Shown here: piece by piece, positions 44,674-54,761 of the stretch
Layout of the letters: each line of letters opens with the position of its first letter
How positions within the stretch are numbered: the stretch's first letter is position 1
Origin: Oscillospiraceae bacterium
Lineage (GTDB): Bacteria; Bacillota; Clostridia; UBA1381; UBA9506
Direction of reading: 5' to 3'
DNA: 64,000 nt
Assembly: GCA_015068555.1 (NCBI GenBank)
Contig: SVKI01000001.1
Location: forward strand, 21,093 to 85,092
Translations under genes and position numbers: made by a program
The notes under the pieces: generated by a model
The model's database searches: none
Seen by the model: the letters and a program-made list of their open reading frames with translations, nothing else
Told to the model about the DNA's origin: nothing

Positions 44674-45474
44674 TTACAGATTGTTTGCCTTGTTTGTGCA
44701 CGCTTCCATGGCATCCATAATGGCGTTTCTGAACCCGTTTTCTTCCAATTTTTTAACGGCCTCAATCGTTGTTCCGCGAGGGGAGCAAACCATATCCTTC
44801 AATTCACCGGGATGCTTACCTGTTTCAAGCAAAAGCTTGGCAGAGCCTAAGATGGATTGTGCGGCTAAGCGGTAAGCGGCAGTGCGAGAGATTCCGTCGC
44901 GCACGGCTGCATCAGCCATAGCTTCAATCATCATAAACACATAGGCAGGACTGCTGCCGGATACGGCAATTACAGAGTTAAGTAAAGCTTCCGGAAGGAT
45001 TTCAACCTCCCCGACGGAACTAAATATGTTCAGTACGGTTTCGTATTCTTCGGCATTTGCGGGTGCGTGTTCACTGGTAACCACGCTCATGCCGGCCAGG
45101 GCCATGGCAGGCGTGTTGGGCATAACACGAACGACTTTTGCATCATAGCCTAAAGCGTCTTTTATCGTTTGAATCTCTATGCCGGCGGCAATGGTAATTA
45201 ACACCTTGTTTTGCAGTTTATCCTGAAAGCGTTCTTTCAGTTCTGCCAACACAATCGGCATAATAAAGGGCTTAATTGCTAAAATAACAAAGTCGGCGCA
45301 CAACGCAGTTTCACTTGTCGTACCGGTATTAACACCCATTTTTGAAAATTTTTTCAAAGCTTCCGGATTCGGATCGCTGACATACAGCTCATTTTCAGAA
45401 CAAAGCTCTGAGGCAAGTACACCGCCGGCAATAGCAAAAGCCATATTGCCACCGCCGATAAAACCTAATTTCAT
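44674..45474 (-). CDS. proC: Pyrroline-5-carboxylate reductase
   Basis: MKLGFIGGGNMAFAIAGG (Rossmann motif) and SPRGTTIEAV (C-terminal signature). Confidence 0.9.
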   Translation of the reverse strand: MKLGFIGGGNMAFAIAGGVLASELCSENELYVSDPNPEALKKFSKMGVNTGTTSETALCADFVILAIKPFIMPIVLAELKERFQDKLQNKVLITIAAGIEIQTIKDALGYDAKVVRVMPNTPAMALAGMSVVTSEHAPANAEEYETVLNIFSSVGEVEILPEALLNSVIAVSGSSPAYVFMMIEAMADAAVRDGISRTAAYRLAAQSILGSAKLLLETGKHPGELKDMVCSPRGTTIEAVKKLEENGFRNAIMDAMEACTNKANNL

Positions 45475-45532
45475 AATTCATAACCTTTCCTGTGCCAAAA
45501 TCAGCACATCCGTTGTCATCTCATTGGTTTGC

Positions 45533-45919
45533 TTATTCTTCGGTTGCATCTACCGCAGGTTTTTTGGATTCCTTTACAAAATTGATACCGTCAACAAAGA
45601 TGTTTACAGCGGTAACAGTTAAATCCGTCATGGTTTCAATGTTGCGTTTAACAGCATCCTGCAGTTCGGTGGAGATGGGGGTGATTTTCACGCCGTAATC
45701 CACTAAAATATGAACTTCCAAAGCTACTTCTTTTTCGTTCATTTCAATTTTAACGCTTTTAAAGCTCTTTTTAACAAATTTTTCTACCAAACCATCAGCT
45801 AAGGTAGTGGCCAAAGCGATGCCCTTGATTTCGCGAACAGCCATGCCGGCAATCGCCTGCACAACCTCTTCAGAAATGTTTACAGCGCCTGTTTCCGTAT
45901 ATGTTGTATTTTCACTCAT
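45533..45919 (-). CDS. Asp23/Gls24-family alkaline shock protein
   Basis: ISEEVVQAIAGMAVREIKGI and VEVHILVDYGVKI patterns. Confidence 0.85.
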   Translation of the reverse strand: MSENTTYTETGAVNISEEVVQAIAGMAVREIKGIALATTLADGLVEKFVKKSFKSVKIEMNEKEVALEVHILVDYGVKITPISTELQDAVKRNIETMTDLTVTAVNIFVDGINFVKESKKPAVDATEE

Positions 45920-46012
45920 AGTAACAGCCTCCTTGAAATATGATATACTTATTTATTATAGTATATCACTTTTGCAATAAAAAATCAAGAATTTTACAAA
46001 TAAGATGTAAAC

Positions 46013-46049
46013 AAAAAGAGTCTGTAGCATTTTGCTACAGACTCTTTTT
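46013..46049. terminator. Terminator hairpin after the phosphohexomutase gene
   Basis: AAAAAGAGTCTGTAGCA-ttt-TGCTACAGACTCTTTTT. Confidence 0.85.
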
Positions 46050-46051
46050 GT

Positions 46052-47554
46052 TTACGCAAGCGCTGATATATCAATGCAGTCAAAGCCGGATAGGAATGTT
46101 TTTAAGAAGGAGTAGATGTCTTTTAGACATGCTTCAGAGTCACATTGAATATCAAGCGGCATTAAGGGATCGTGCAGAGACAGACGTAATAAGAACCAGC
46201 CGTCGCCGATATTAACGCGAACACCTTCGTAGTTGGGTTCTTCCAAACTCATGCCTTCTGTTTTTTGAACAGTCTCAGTGAGGGCAGAAAGAATCTTTTG
46301 ACCATCCTCTTTAAAGTTTTCGTTCAAGAGATTCAAACGATGACCGGCAGCCAGTTTGGGCTCTTTTAAGCTTGCGATAAGTTCTGTGAGCTTACGACCT
46401 TCGGCACGCATCTTAACAGCCTTAATCAAAAGTTTTGTCACAAGATACGCTCCGTCATCTAAAAAGTAGTTTTCCAATAGAGCTGCGTGGCCACTTGTTT
46501 CAATGGCAAGCGGGCAGTAGGTACCTTCGGAGTTTAAGCGCTTGGCTTCATTGATAACATTTTTATAGCCACGTTTAAAACGGTGATGTACGCCGCCCAA
46601 ATCGTTGTTGATAAATTCACCTAAACCACTGGAAGTAACAGAGTCTGTTACCACCGTGCCCTTTTTCTCTTCCATTAAAACGGCGGAGATTAGAGCAATC
46701 AGCTTGTTTTTGTTAATTTCGCGACCGGTATCATCCACGATGGCAGCACGGTCAACGTCGGTATCGAAAATAACGCCCAAATCAGAACCGGAATCTAAAA
46801 CAGCCTTTGAAATAGCCTTCATGGCGTCTTTATCTTCAGGGTTGGGAATGTGATTGGGGAAAGTGCCGTCGGGCTCTAAAAAACAACTTCCGGAAACATC
46901 AGCACCCAGCGCATGAAGCACCTTTTCAGCGTAGAATCCGCCGGCACCATTACCGGCATCAACAGCGATTTTCATACCGCTAAAGGGTTTATCAAGCTTT
47001 GTTTCGGTACAAATGATGTTTGCAATGTGTGATGCATATTTTGTTAAAAAGTCAAAGGTTTTAACGGTTCCGTTACCGGTTCCAATCTGTTTATCTTCTT
47101 GTGCATAGGTGAGGATTTCTGTGATATCGCTACCTTCTAAACCGCCTTCGGGTGTAAAGAACTTAAGACCGTTACGGTTAAAGGGAAGGTGGCTGGCTGT
47201 CAGCATCACAGAACCGGTTACGTTAAGGTCGGTGTCAATTGTGCTCATAAACATAGCCGGGGTGGTACACAGACCAAAGTCAACGACATGCGCACCGGTT
47301 GCGGTAATCGCGCGGATGCATGCGTTTTTGATACGCTGCGCAGAAATGCGGCTGTCATGACCGATGGCAACCGTAATTTCGCTTGCAGAAAGATTATATT
47401 TTACATGTAAAAAAGCGACAAAGCCTTTAGCGATAGCTTCCACAACAGGGTCAGTTAAGTTAACTTCTGCCCCGGGAATACCTTCGCTTGCTACGCCGCG
47501 GATGTCACTACCGTTTTTAAGTGCAGCCCATTCTTTTGAAAGCATGTTCATCAT
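46052..47554 (-). CDS. Alpha-D-phosphohexomutase (phosphomannomutase/phosphoglucomutase family)
   Basis: The active-site loop reads TASHLPFNRNG, and the metal-binding loop reads FDTDVDRAAIV. Confidence 0.85.
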   Translation of the reverse strand: MMNMLSKEWAALKNGSDIRGVASEGIPGAEVNLTDPVVEAIAKGFVAFLHVKYNLSASEITVAIGHDSRISAQRIKNACIRAITATGAHVVDFGLCTTPAMFMSTIDTDLNVTGSVMLTASHLPFNRNGLKFFTPEGGLEGSDITEILTYAQEDKQIGTGNGTVKTFDFLTKYASHIANIICTETKLDKPFSGMKIAVDAGNGAGGFYAEKVLHALGADVSGSCFLEPDGTFPNHIPNPEDKDAMKAISKAVLDSGSDLGVIFDTDVDRAAIVDDTGREINKNKLIALISAVLMEEKKGTVVTDSVTSSGLGEFINNDLGGVHHRFKRGYKNVINEAKRLNSEGTYCPLAIETSGHAALLENYFLDDGAYLVTKLLIKAVKMRAEGRKLTELIASLKEPKLAAGHRLNLLNENFKEDGQKILSALTETVQKTEGMSLEEPNYEGVRVNIGDGWFLLRLSLHDPLMPLDIQCDSEACLKDIYSFLKTFLSGFDCIDISALA

Positions 47555-47667
47555 TTCCTATCTTTGTAAAATTTGGTGCATAGCACCATGTATTAGTATA
47601 TCAAACATTCATCAGTAATGCAAGTGATTGCCCAGCTTTTTTAGATAAAAGATTTTGATTAATTCTC

Positions 47668-47695
47668 TTGCTTTTTTTTACGTTTGTGTTATACT
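47668..47695 (+). promoter_or_regulatory. Extended -10 sigma-A promoter candidate driving the candidate small RNA
   Basis: TTGCTT (47668-47673), a 16-nt spacer ending in TGT, then TATACT (47690-47695). Confidence 0.5.
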
Positions 47696-47701
47696 ATTTT
47701 T

Positions 47702-47935
47702 GCGACACAATATAATAAAGCTTAATAGTGTGTATTTTTATACCTTTTGGTAAAAGTACACGCCTATTATAGTCATACTATTATTAAGTTTTAATTGTGT
47801 CGCAACAATGAACTGAGGCTGTGTATTTTTCGGTGCATGGCTTTAGTCATGAACTTTTTTTGTGGCTATCACACACTTATCATACACCGAAGGGTATGCC
47901 CTGGCGCACGACAAAAGTCGTGCGCCGAATTTTTT
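47702..47935 (+). ncRNA. Candidate ~230-nt structured small RNA of unknown class
   Basis: It is bounded by the promoter above and by the terminator GGCGCACGAC-aaaa-GTCGTGCGCC-gaaTTTTTT (47903-47935). The 5' half can form a ~105-nt imperfect hairpin closed by TTGCGACACAAT (47699/47700-47711) pairing with ATTGTGTCGCAA (47794-47805). There is no convincing ORF, and no + strand gene follows. Confidence 0.4.
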
Positions 47936-47937
47936 GC

Positions 47938-47975
47938 ATAAAAAAAGGTCCTCGATTTAATATCGGGGACCTTTG
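47938..47975 (-). terminator. Intrinsic terminator of ispH-rpsA
   Basis: The minus strand reads AAAGGTCCCCGA-tattaaa-TCGAGGACCTTTTTTT. Confidence 0.8.
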
Positions 47976-47985
47976 ATAATCAATC

Positions 47986-49998
47986 TTATTCTTCAACAGG
48001 TGCTACAGCATCAGCAATGGTGTCAGCTTCTACTTCGTCGTGATAGGAAGTAGGAACTTCTTCCTCTGCCGGTGCAGCTTCTGCTGCAGGAGCTTCTTCT
48101 ACAGCTGGTTCTTCAGGTAAAAGAGCGCGGATAGAAAGAGCAATTTTTTTGTTTTCCCAATCGATTTCGGTAATCTTTACATCAACTTCCTGACCGATGG
48201 AAAGCTCGTCCTGGGGTTTAGCGATGCGCTTATTGGCGATCTGAGAAATGTGAATCAAACCGTCAACAGTGGGGAGAATTTCAGCAAAAGCACCAAAGGG
48301 CAGCATGCGCACGATTTTTGCTTTTACAACATCCTCAACATTCAGTTTAGCTTTAGCCATTTCCCAAGGATTTTCAGCGGGGTTTTTATAACCTAAAGAA
48401 ATCTTCTTGGTTTCTTCATTAATATCTTTGATATATACTTCGATAGCATCGCCAACGCTGACAACATCAGAAGGATGCTTGATTCTTGCCCAGCTCAGTT
48501 CAGAGATGTGCACCAAGCCGTCAACGCCGCCGATATCTACAAATGCTCCGAAATTGGTGATAGACTTAACGATGCCGTTATATTTCTTGCCAACTTCTGC
48601 ACTTTCCCAGAAAGCCTTTAACAGCTCTTGCTTCTGTGCGGCAAGAACAGCCTTAACACTGCCGACAATGCGTTTTCTTCTTTCGTTTACATCAATGATT
48701 TTGAAGGGAACAACTTTTCCAACAAGTTCGTTCAGGTCAGAAAGATATCTGTCGTTTGCCAGTGATGCGGGAACGAACACGCGATAGCTTTTATATGTAA
48801 CAATAACGCCACCGTTAACGAGGCCGGATACTTTACCTTCAAGAATTTCGCCGTCTTCTGCTGCCTTTAAGATAGCCTCCCATGTTTTGATGGAATCAAG
48901 CTTTTTCTTAGAAAGCATGATGTTACCGTCTGCGTCGTTTACACGAACAACAAATACCTGCACTTCATCACCCGGTTTTACAATATCTGCGGGGGAGAGT
49001 GAGGGATCATCAGAAATTTCTGATGCGGGAATGATACCGTCCTGTTTGACTTGTAAATCCACGATAACCTCTGTGGGTCTAACTTCAATTACAGTACCGG
49101 TAACGACGTCTCCTGTATTTAAAGTTTTCAGGGATTCCTCAAATAGTGTTGCAAAGTTTTGGTCCTGGTTTTCCATTTTGTTGATAGCCTCCTTTATTAT
49201 AACAGCCGGCGTTGATGCACCGGCAGTAATGCCGATTTTTTTGTTTTTGAATCGGGAGAGATCTCCCAGTTCATTGATGGACTCGGCACAGTAAGCCTCG
49301 TCGCAAACGCTTTTACATATTTGATATAGCTTTTGCGTGTTGGAGCTGTTTTGCCCGCCGAGGACTAACATAACATCCACCTCTGCAGCTAAGGAGCGGG
49401 ATTCAGTTTGCCGCTCTTCAGTCGCATTACATATTGTATCAAATATGACCGTGTTTTGGCAAGTTTTTTTTAAAAAAAATATTATTTTTTTGTAAATATT
49501 TTGGTTAAATGTGGTTTGTGCCACAATACAAAGGGGTTTTTGGTCTGATTTTAAGGTTTTTGCCTCTTCCGGAGTCTGAATGATAAGGGCCGAATTGTCA
49601 CACCAACCGTTAATGCCGATGACTTCCGGATGGGTTGGGTCACCGATAATGACAATCTGATATCCATCCTGCCTGTGACGATCCACCAGATTGTGAATCT
49701 TTTTGACAAAGGGGCAGGTTAAATCAAGATACGGAATATGCTGTGCTTCTAACTTTTGATACATAGCTTTTGGAACACCATGCGTGCGAATGATAACGGT
49801 TGCGCCACTTGGCAAATCTTCTATATTTTCTATCACTGTCACACCCTTTTGGCACAAATCTTCCACCACCTGTGCGTTGTGGATAATGGGACCCAAGGTG
49901 CAATATTTGGTTTCCTCGTTTGCGCATTGGTAAGCTCTGTCGACGGCGCGTGCCACGCCAAAGCAAAATCCGGCGGTTTTGGCAAGTTTAATGTCCAA
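47986..49998 (-). CDS. ispH: Bifunctional IspH (4-hydroxy-3-methylbut-2-enyl diphosphate reductase) / ribosomal protein S1 fusion
   Basis: The N-terminal ~280 aa are LytB/IspH (AGFCFGVARAV, DLTCPFV, TICNAT). Four S1 domains follow (e.g. GAFVDIGGVDGLVHISE). Confidence 0.9.
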   Translation of the reverse strand: MDIKLAKTAGFCFGVARAVDRAYQCANEETKYCTLGPIIHNAQVVEDLCQKGVTVIENIEDLPSGATVIIRTHGVPKAMYQKLEAQHIPYLDLTCPFVKKIHNLVDRHRQDGYQIVIIGDPTHPEVIGINGWCDNSALIIQTPEEAKTLKSDQKPLCIVAQTTFNQNIYKKIIFFLKKTCQNTVIFDTICNATEERQTESRSLAAEVDVMLVLGGQNSSNTQKLYQICKSVCDEAYCAESINELGDLSRFKNKKIGITAGASTPAVIIKEAINKMENQDQNFATLFEESLKTLNTGDVVTGTVIEVRPTEVIVDLQVKQDGIIPASEISDDPSLSPADIVKPGDEVQVFVVRVNDADGNIMLSKKKLDSIKTWEAILKAAEDGEILEGKVSGLVNGGVIVTYKSYRVFVPASLANDRYLSDLNELVGKVVPFKIIDVNERRKRIVGSVKAVLAAQKQELLKAFWESAEVGKKYNGIVKSITNFGAFVDIGGVDGLVHISELSWARIKHPSDVVSVGDAIEVYIKDINEETKKISLGYKNPAENPWEMAKAKLNVEDVVKAKIVRMLPFGAFAEILPTVDGLIHISQIANKRIAKPQDELSIGQEVDVKITEIDWENKKIALSIRALLPEEPAVEEAPAAEAAPAEEEVPTSYHDEVEADTIADAVAPVEE

Positions 49999-50605
49999 GG
50001 GTATGACTCTCCTTTATATAGTTGCTGTCTGTACCGGCTAAATGCAGAATTTTAAGCATCAAATCATCGCTGATTGCCTGCAATTGCTCGGAGGAAAGAC
50101 GCTTTCCGTCCTCGCTTTTAACATACACGGGTGCCTCGATAAACAAATCGATTTTTGAAAAAATTCGATATCCACCGCGAATTGCAACCGGCAGGATAGG
50201 AGCCCCTGTTTTTTCGGCTATGAATGCAACGCCGGCCTTAGCGCTGTGTGGCTGATTGCCCTTGATACGTGTGCCTTCGGGGAAAATACCCAGTGCTTTC
50301 CCGGCTTTTAAAGCCGAGAGGGCGGCTTTAATGGCCCCTATATCTCCTGTCCCACGCGCCACGGGAAAGGCACCCGCCCACTGGATAATGGCACCTAACA
50401 GGGGAACGTCGAATAATTCTTTTTTAGCCATAAAGGTTAACTGCCTGGGCATAAAGCCTGCTATTAAAACGGCGTCCCAAAAGCTTTTGTGGTTGATGGC
50501 GACAATCACTGCGCCCTCATTCGGGCAGTTTTCTCTGCCGTGAATCTTTATGCGGAAAATAAGGCGCAAAAAGACCTTGAGTATGCCTTGTATAAAACGA
50601 AACAT
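49988..50605 (-). CDS. plsC: 1-acyl-sn-glycerol-3-phosphate acyltransferase
   Basis: NHKSFWD (HX4D motif) and FPEGTR. The ATG at 50605 abuts the cmk stop. The track start at 50659 overlaps cmk and is rejected. Confidence 0.85.
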   Translation of the reverse strand: MFRFIQGILKVFLRLIFRIKIHGRENCPNEGAVIVAINHKSFWDAVLIAGFMPRQLTFMAKKELFDVPLLGAIIQWAGAFPVARGTGDIGAIKAALSALKAGKALGIFPEGTRIKGNQPHSAKAGVAFIAEKTGAPILPVAIRGGYRIFSKIDLFIEAPVYVKSEDGKRLSSEQLQAISDDLMLKILHLAGTDSNYIKESHTLGH

Positions 50606-50606
50606 G

Positions 50607-51272
50607 TTAACACATTCTTTCTTTAATAATAGAGAGGAGCTTCTGCAGGGATTCTTCATATGTAAGTGCAGAGGTATCTACCAAAACACTGTCTTCCGCT
50701 GGTTTCAGAGGAGAGAAGGCACGCGTGGAATCGTTATAATCCCGCTCTTTTAATTCTGCCAAAACGGTCTCGTAATCGCACTTCATTCCTTTTTCTGTAA
50801 GTTCTATAAAGCGACGCTGTGCGCGAGTTTCAGGCGTAGCGGTTAAGAAAATTTTAATGGGCGCATCGGGCAAAACATAGGTGCCGATGTCGCGCCCATC
50901 CATAATTACATCACGCGTTTTAGCAAGGTCGCGTTGCAGGTCAACAAGAACCAAACGCACCTCGGGAATAGCTGAAACGGCAGAAGCGCCCATAGAAATT
51001 TCAGGTGTGCGAATGAGGGTTGTGACATCTTCGCTGTTCAGGAAAATATGCTGACCATCTTTCTCGTTGGACAAATCAATCGTGCAGGCTTTAACAGCCT
51101 CAACAGCCCGTTCGGGCTCTTCCTTAATGGAAATGCCGGCACGCAGGCAGGCAAGAGCTGCTGCGCGGTACATAGCGCCGGTGTCAATATAAACAATGCC
51201 GAGCGTTTTCGCAATGTCTTTTGAAAGGGTGCTTTTACCGGCACCACTGGGACCATCAACTGCAATTTTCAT
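50607..51272 (-). CDS. cmk: Cytidylate kinase
   Basis: MKIAVDGPSGAGKST P-loop; RBS GGAGG 9 nt upstream of the ATG at 51272. Confidence 0.9.
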   Translation of the reverse strand: MKIAVDGPSGAGKSTLSKDIAKTLGIVYIDTGAMYRAAALACLRAGISIKEEPERAVEAVKACTIDLSNEKDGQHIFLNSEDVTTLIRTPEISMGASAVSAIPEVRLVLVDLQRDLAKTRDVIMDGRDIGTYVLPDAPIKIFLTATPETRAQRRFIELTEKGMKCDYETVLAELKERDYNDSTRAFSPLKPAEDSVLVDTSALTYEESLQKLLSIIKERMC

Positions 51273-51369
51273 AGAATTGACCTCCTGTTTATTTTCTAAT
51301 GAACGCATACCTTATCAAAGCTTAATCGGTTGCGTTCATGGCACCATAATTTTTATATGGCATAGAGGA

Positions 51370-52017
51370 TTATTGCAAAAAGTTAAGCAAGAAATTCTGG
51401 TTGTACATCTGAGAAACGATTTTAGAGTTAAGAACGATTTCAGTTGCTATGTTCAATACGCTAAAGGTGGTAAAGAGCGTCAGCAGGGCAAGAATCAGAT
51501 AAATCGCCAAAACACCGTAAAGCACGCCGAGAGCGCCACCTAACAGTTTGTTGGCACTATGTATCACAGGCAGTTTTGACACCACATCCAGGAAGCGTAA
51601 AACCACCCACAAAATCAGTTTAACCAAAATGAACACAATCACGATTCCCAAAAGCTTCATAGCCAAGGTCGCAATGCTTTCGGCCATGGTGTTAGCTGCG
51701 GCGTTGGTTACATCTGTTGCCGCCGCTGCGAGATTGTTTGTTATGGTTTGCGGCAGATTCAGGGGCGCCTCCGGATTGGCAGCCTGCGGATTCTGAGATT
51801 CCTTAACCAGCAAGGCATGAATATTTGAGCGCACCGCAACGCCAACGGCACTGTTATCAATAAAATCGGTAACAGGCTGGTAGAGCGTAACGGCCAGAAT
51901 AAGAGATAAGACCAAAGAACCCAGCGAATAGATAGAACGAACGAATCCTTTTTTCATGCCCCAACCACCCAAAAGGATGATGATGCAAAGAGCGATGATA
52001 TCTGCAAGATTAATCAT
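51370..52017 (-). CDS. cvpA: CvpA-family membrane protein
   Basis: The N-terminal pattern LADIIALCIIILLGGWGMKKGFVRSIYSL and the multi-TM layout fit the family. Confidence 0.75.
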   Translation of the reverse strand: MINLADIIALCIIILLGGWGMKKGFVRSIYSLGSLVLSLILAVTLYQPVTDFIDNSAVGVAVRSNIHALLVKESQNPQAANPEAPLNLPQTITNNLAAAATDVTNAAANTMAESIATLAMKLLGIVIVFILVKLILWVVLRFLDVVSKLPVIHSANKLLGGALGVLYGVLAIYLILALLTLFTTFSVLNIATEIVLNSKIVSQMYNQNFLLNFLQ

Positions 52018-52031
52018 ATTTACCTCCTGAT

Positions 52032-53180
52032 TTACGCACCAAGCTTTATAATTTCAGCACCCGTTGCTGTGATGCCGATGCCGTGGCGGTCATTCCCGAT
52101 AAAGGAAAAGTCACGCAGGTCAATGGCCGGCTTAACACGAAACCGTTCCCGGCATCTTCCGTTTAATATGGAAATACCATGTGCGTTGCTGACGGCGATG
52201 GTTCCTTCCTTAATATCTAAAAAGAGAATGTCCTGATCAATCACAAAGCTGCCGGATTCTTCACCCTTATGTGTATAGGATTTAATCTCCGCCACGCCGC
52301 CTTCTTTAGACGTGCCCGTAAAACCAAGAACCATTAAATCATCAGCGATGGCTACATGGGTCAGCTCGCGATTGTCATAGGTGGCGCTGCCGACGCATTT
52401 GCCGTAGAGATTATAGATTTTTGCACCGGTTGTGCCGATACAATATACATGGCTGCCACTATAATGCACCCGGGAGAAAATATCGTTTTCGTATACATCG
52501 TTTGTAAACGGTTTATCTTTGGACAGGTTAAACATGATGATATTGCTTTTAATCACGGCTGAATCGGTGTTCATCGTAGAAATCGCGATTTCTTTGTTAT
52601 TATCAGCGATATCGGCAGCAACAACCGATAAGCCACCGGAATTCCACTTAAAAATCTCTTCGCCGTTTGGATTATACACGCTGACGGCACATTTGTGTAA
52701 ATCGCCTTCGGTTACAACCAGCAGATAGCCGCCGGAACTGACAGAAGCCAATACGATGTTCGATTCTAATGAGAGCTCGCTGACCTGTTTTTCGCCTAGA
52801 AAGGTAATCAGTCTGCGACCGCCAAGGTCATAAAACAGAGCGTATTCACCGCGTATTGAGATTTTCGGTTGAGCAAGTCGCAATGTTAAATCCTTTAAAA
52901 GAGTACCGCTTTTATCGGTAATTTTAATGTTTTCAGCACTGTAAAAATAGAGTTTACTGTTGCCGGAAGCGTTTTCATAGTTAACGCCCGGGTCGAGTTC
53001 AAAGCTAATCGGTGTTGAGTGAGGCTGATCGTTCATAGGGGCATCGTTTTCGCGGTCCGGCAGATATTTTGCGGCAAGAATGTTAGCCAGAAATACAACA
53101 GCCAAAACCACGGCGATAATCAGGATAACCCACAGGATTCGCTTTCCTATATTCGGTTTGTAAAAAATAGGAGAACGCAT
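52032..53180 (-). CDS. Membrane-anchored hypothetical protein with a repetitive beta-rich ectodomain (DUF5711-like)
   Basis: An N-terminal TM helix (ILWVILIIAVVLAVVFLANIL) is followed by a ~330-aa beta-rich region. No catalytic motif is recognised. Confidence 0.4.
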   Translation of the reverse strand: MRSPIFYKPNIGKRILWVILIIAVVLAVVFLANILAAKYLPDRENDAPMNDQPHSTPISFELDPGVNYENASGNSKLYFYSAENIKITDKSGTLLKDLTLRLAQPKISIRGEYALFYDLGGRRLITFLGEKQVSELSLESNIVLASVSSGGYLLVVTEGDLHKCAVSVYNPNGEEIFKWNSGGLSVVAADIADNNKEIAISTMNTDSAVIKSNIIMFNLSKDKPFTNDVYENDIFSRVHYSGSHVYCIGTTGAKIYNLYGKCVGSATYDNRELTHVAIADDLMVLGFTGTSKEGGVAEIKSYTHKGEESGSFVIDQDILFLDIKEGTIAVSNAHGISILNGRCRERFRVKPAIDLRDFSFIGNDRHGIGITATGAEIIKLGA

Positions 53181-53184
53181 ACAT

Positions 53185-53946
53185 TCACGCCCTTTCAGCG
53201 GTGATAGAATAGTCGTTACAGTTTGCTTTGTATAGGGTCAGGCCTTGTGGGGGAGCCGTCATGCCTGCCCGGGTGCGGTCACAGGAGGCGATGATGGCGG
53301 GAATCTCATCCGGTTGGATTTTACCTTTTCCCACGGCAACTAAGGTACCCGTTATGATACGCACCATGTTATATAAAAATCCGTTGCCTGTTACGTAATA
53401 AGAAAGCATATGGTCACGCACTTCAAGACGCGATTCATAGATTTCGCGCACAAAGGTTTTAGCCGTGCCGCCTTGTGACATAAAGGCAGAAAAATCGTGA
53501 CTTCCTATAAAATGGCCTGCGGCTTTTTGCATGGCCTCTGTGTTTAGCTGATGCGGCACATGCCAGGCAAAATTTCTGTAAAACACATCTCCATACAAAG
53601 AGGTGTCAATTTGATATAAATAGGTTTTGGAGATTGCATCAAAGCGTGCTGAAAAATCCTCACGACAGGGCTCTGCGGAAATCACCCGGATATCTTTGGG
53701 CAAAAGGGCGTTTAACCCTCGGCAAAGCCGATACATATCAAGGGGTGTATCGATATGAAAATTGGCGATATAGTCATTAGCATGCACGCCGGCATCCGTA
53801 CGGCTAATGCCGGTGACCGAGAGAGGAGAGCGGGTAATCACGGCAAGAGCCTGCTCTAATTCTCCTTGTACAGTTGCGGCATTTTGTTGGCGTTGCCAAC
53901 CGGCGTAGCGGGTACCTTCATACATAAGACGCAATGCGTAGTTCAT
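53185..53946 (-). CDS. truA: tRNA pseudouridine(38-40) synthase
   Basis: YEGTRYAGWQRQ and GISRTDAGVHA motifs. Start is taken at the ATG 53946. Confidence 0.9.
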   Translation of the reverse strand: MNYALRLMYEGTRYAGWQRQQNAATVQGELEQALAVITRSPLSVTGISRTDAGVHANDYIANFHIDTPLDMYRLCRGLNALLPKDIRVISAEPCREDFSARFDAISKTYLYQIDTSLYGDVFYRNFAWHVPHQLNTEAMQKAAGHFIGSHDFSAFMSQGGTAKTFVREIYESRLEVRDHMLSYYVTGNGFLYNMVRIITGTLVAVGKGKIQPDEIPAIIASCDRTRAGMTAPPQGLTLYKANCNDYSITAERA

Positions 53947-53957
53947 GATGCAACATC

Positions 53958-54761
53958 CTACAGATATATTTTTATGATAATGAGTGCTGCTAAAAAGGCT
54001 AAACATGAAAGGGCAGCAAACACATCTGTCTTTCTAAAGCAAATTTCATTAAGCCTCGTACGCGTGGAGCCGCCCTGGTAACAACGGCTTTCCATAGCAA
54101 CGGCCAGTTCATCGGCTCGGCGAAACGCGCTGATGAATAAGGGGACAAGCATCGGCGCCATAGCTTTTACCCGTTTAAACACGGAGCCGGAATCAAAATC
54201 AGCCCCTCTGGCTTTTTGTGCCTTCATAATTTTATCGGTTTCCTCAATTAAAGTGGGGATAAAACGGATGGCAATGCTCATCATCATGGCAAGCTCATAC
54301 GTGGGAACGCCCAACTTTGAAAGAGGTTTTAAAAGCTTTTCGATGCCGTCGGTCAAAACAATGGGAGAGGTTGTGTAGGTCAGGGCAGAGCTTGCCATAA
54401 TCAAAAGCACCAAACGAAGTGCCATTTTACCGGCAAGCAGTAAGCCTTCCCATGTCACAGGCGTGGTATAATCACCAATTTGGATTTTTGTTCCAGGGGT
54501 TAGAAACATGTTCAACGCGGCTGTAAATATAATGACAAACCAAATGGGCTTAAGACCCTTAAAGTATAGTTTAACAGGCACGCGTGAGAGCACTATAACA
54601 AGCACCGTAAACAGTGTTACAAGTGCATAACCGGCCGGGTTTCCTGCTATAAAGATAGCGGTAATTAAAAGAATCAGCGCTAATATCTTGGTGCGGGGGT
54701 CCATTTTATGAAGGGGCGAGTCAATAGGGAAGTACTGCCCAAGTGTTATATCTTTTAACAT
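53958..54761 (-). CDS. ecfT: ECF transporter transmembrane (T) component
   Basis: Multi-TM protein with the conserved ARGAD-type motif ([10 protein letters not shown]), located downstream of two EcfA genes. Confidence 0.9.
   Translation of the reverse strand: MLKDITLGQYFPIDSPLHKMDPRTKILALILLITAIFIAGNPAGYALVTLFTVLVIVLSRVPVKLYFKGLKPIWFVIIFTAALNMFLTPGTKIQIGDYTTPVTWEGLLLAGKMALRLVLLIMASSALTYTTSPIVLTDGIEKLLKPLSKLGVPTYELAMMMSIAIRFIPTLIEETDKIMKAQKARGADFDSGSVFKRVKAMAPMLVPLFISAFRRADELAVAMESRCYQGGSTRTRLNEICFRKTDVFAALSCLAFLAALIIIKIYL

Noticed and set aside
47837-47941. A 34-codon ORF (MALVMNFFCGYHTLIIHRRV...) inside the candidate sRNA, considered as a type I toxin.
   Set aside because: There is no Shine-Dalgarno sequence. 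The ORF runs through the terminator hairpin, and its hydrophobic stretch is too short for a TM helix.
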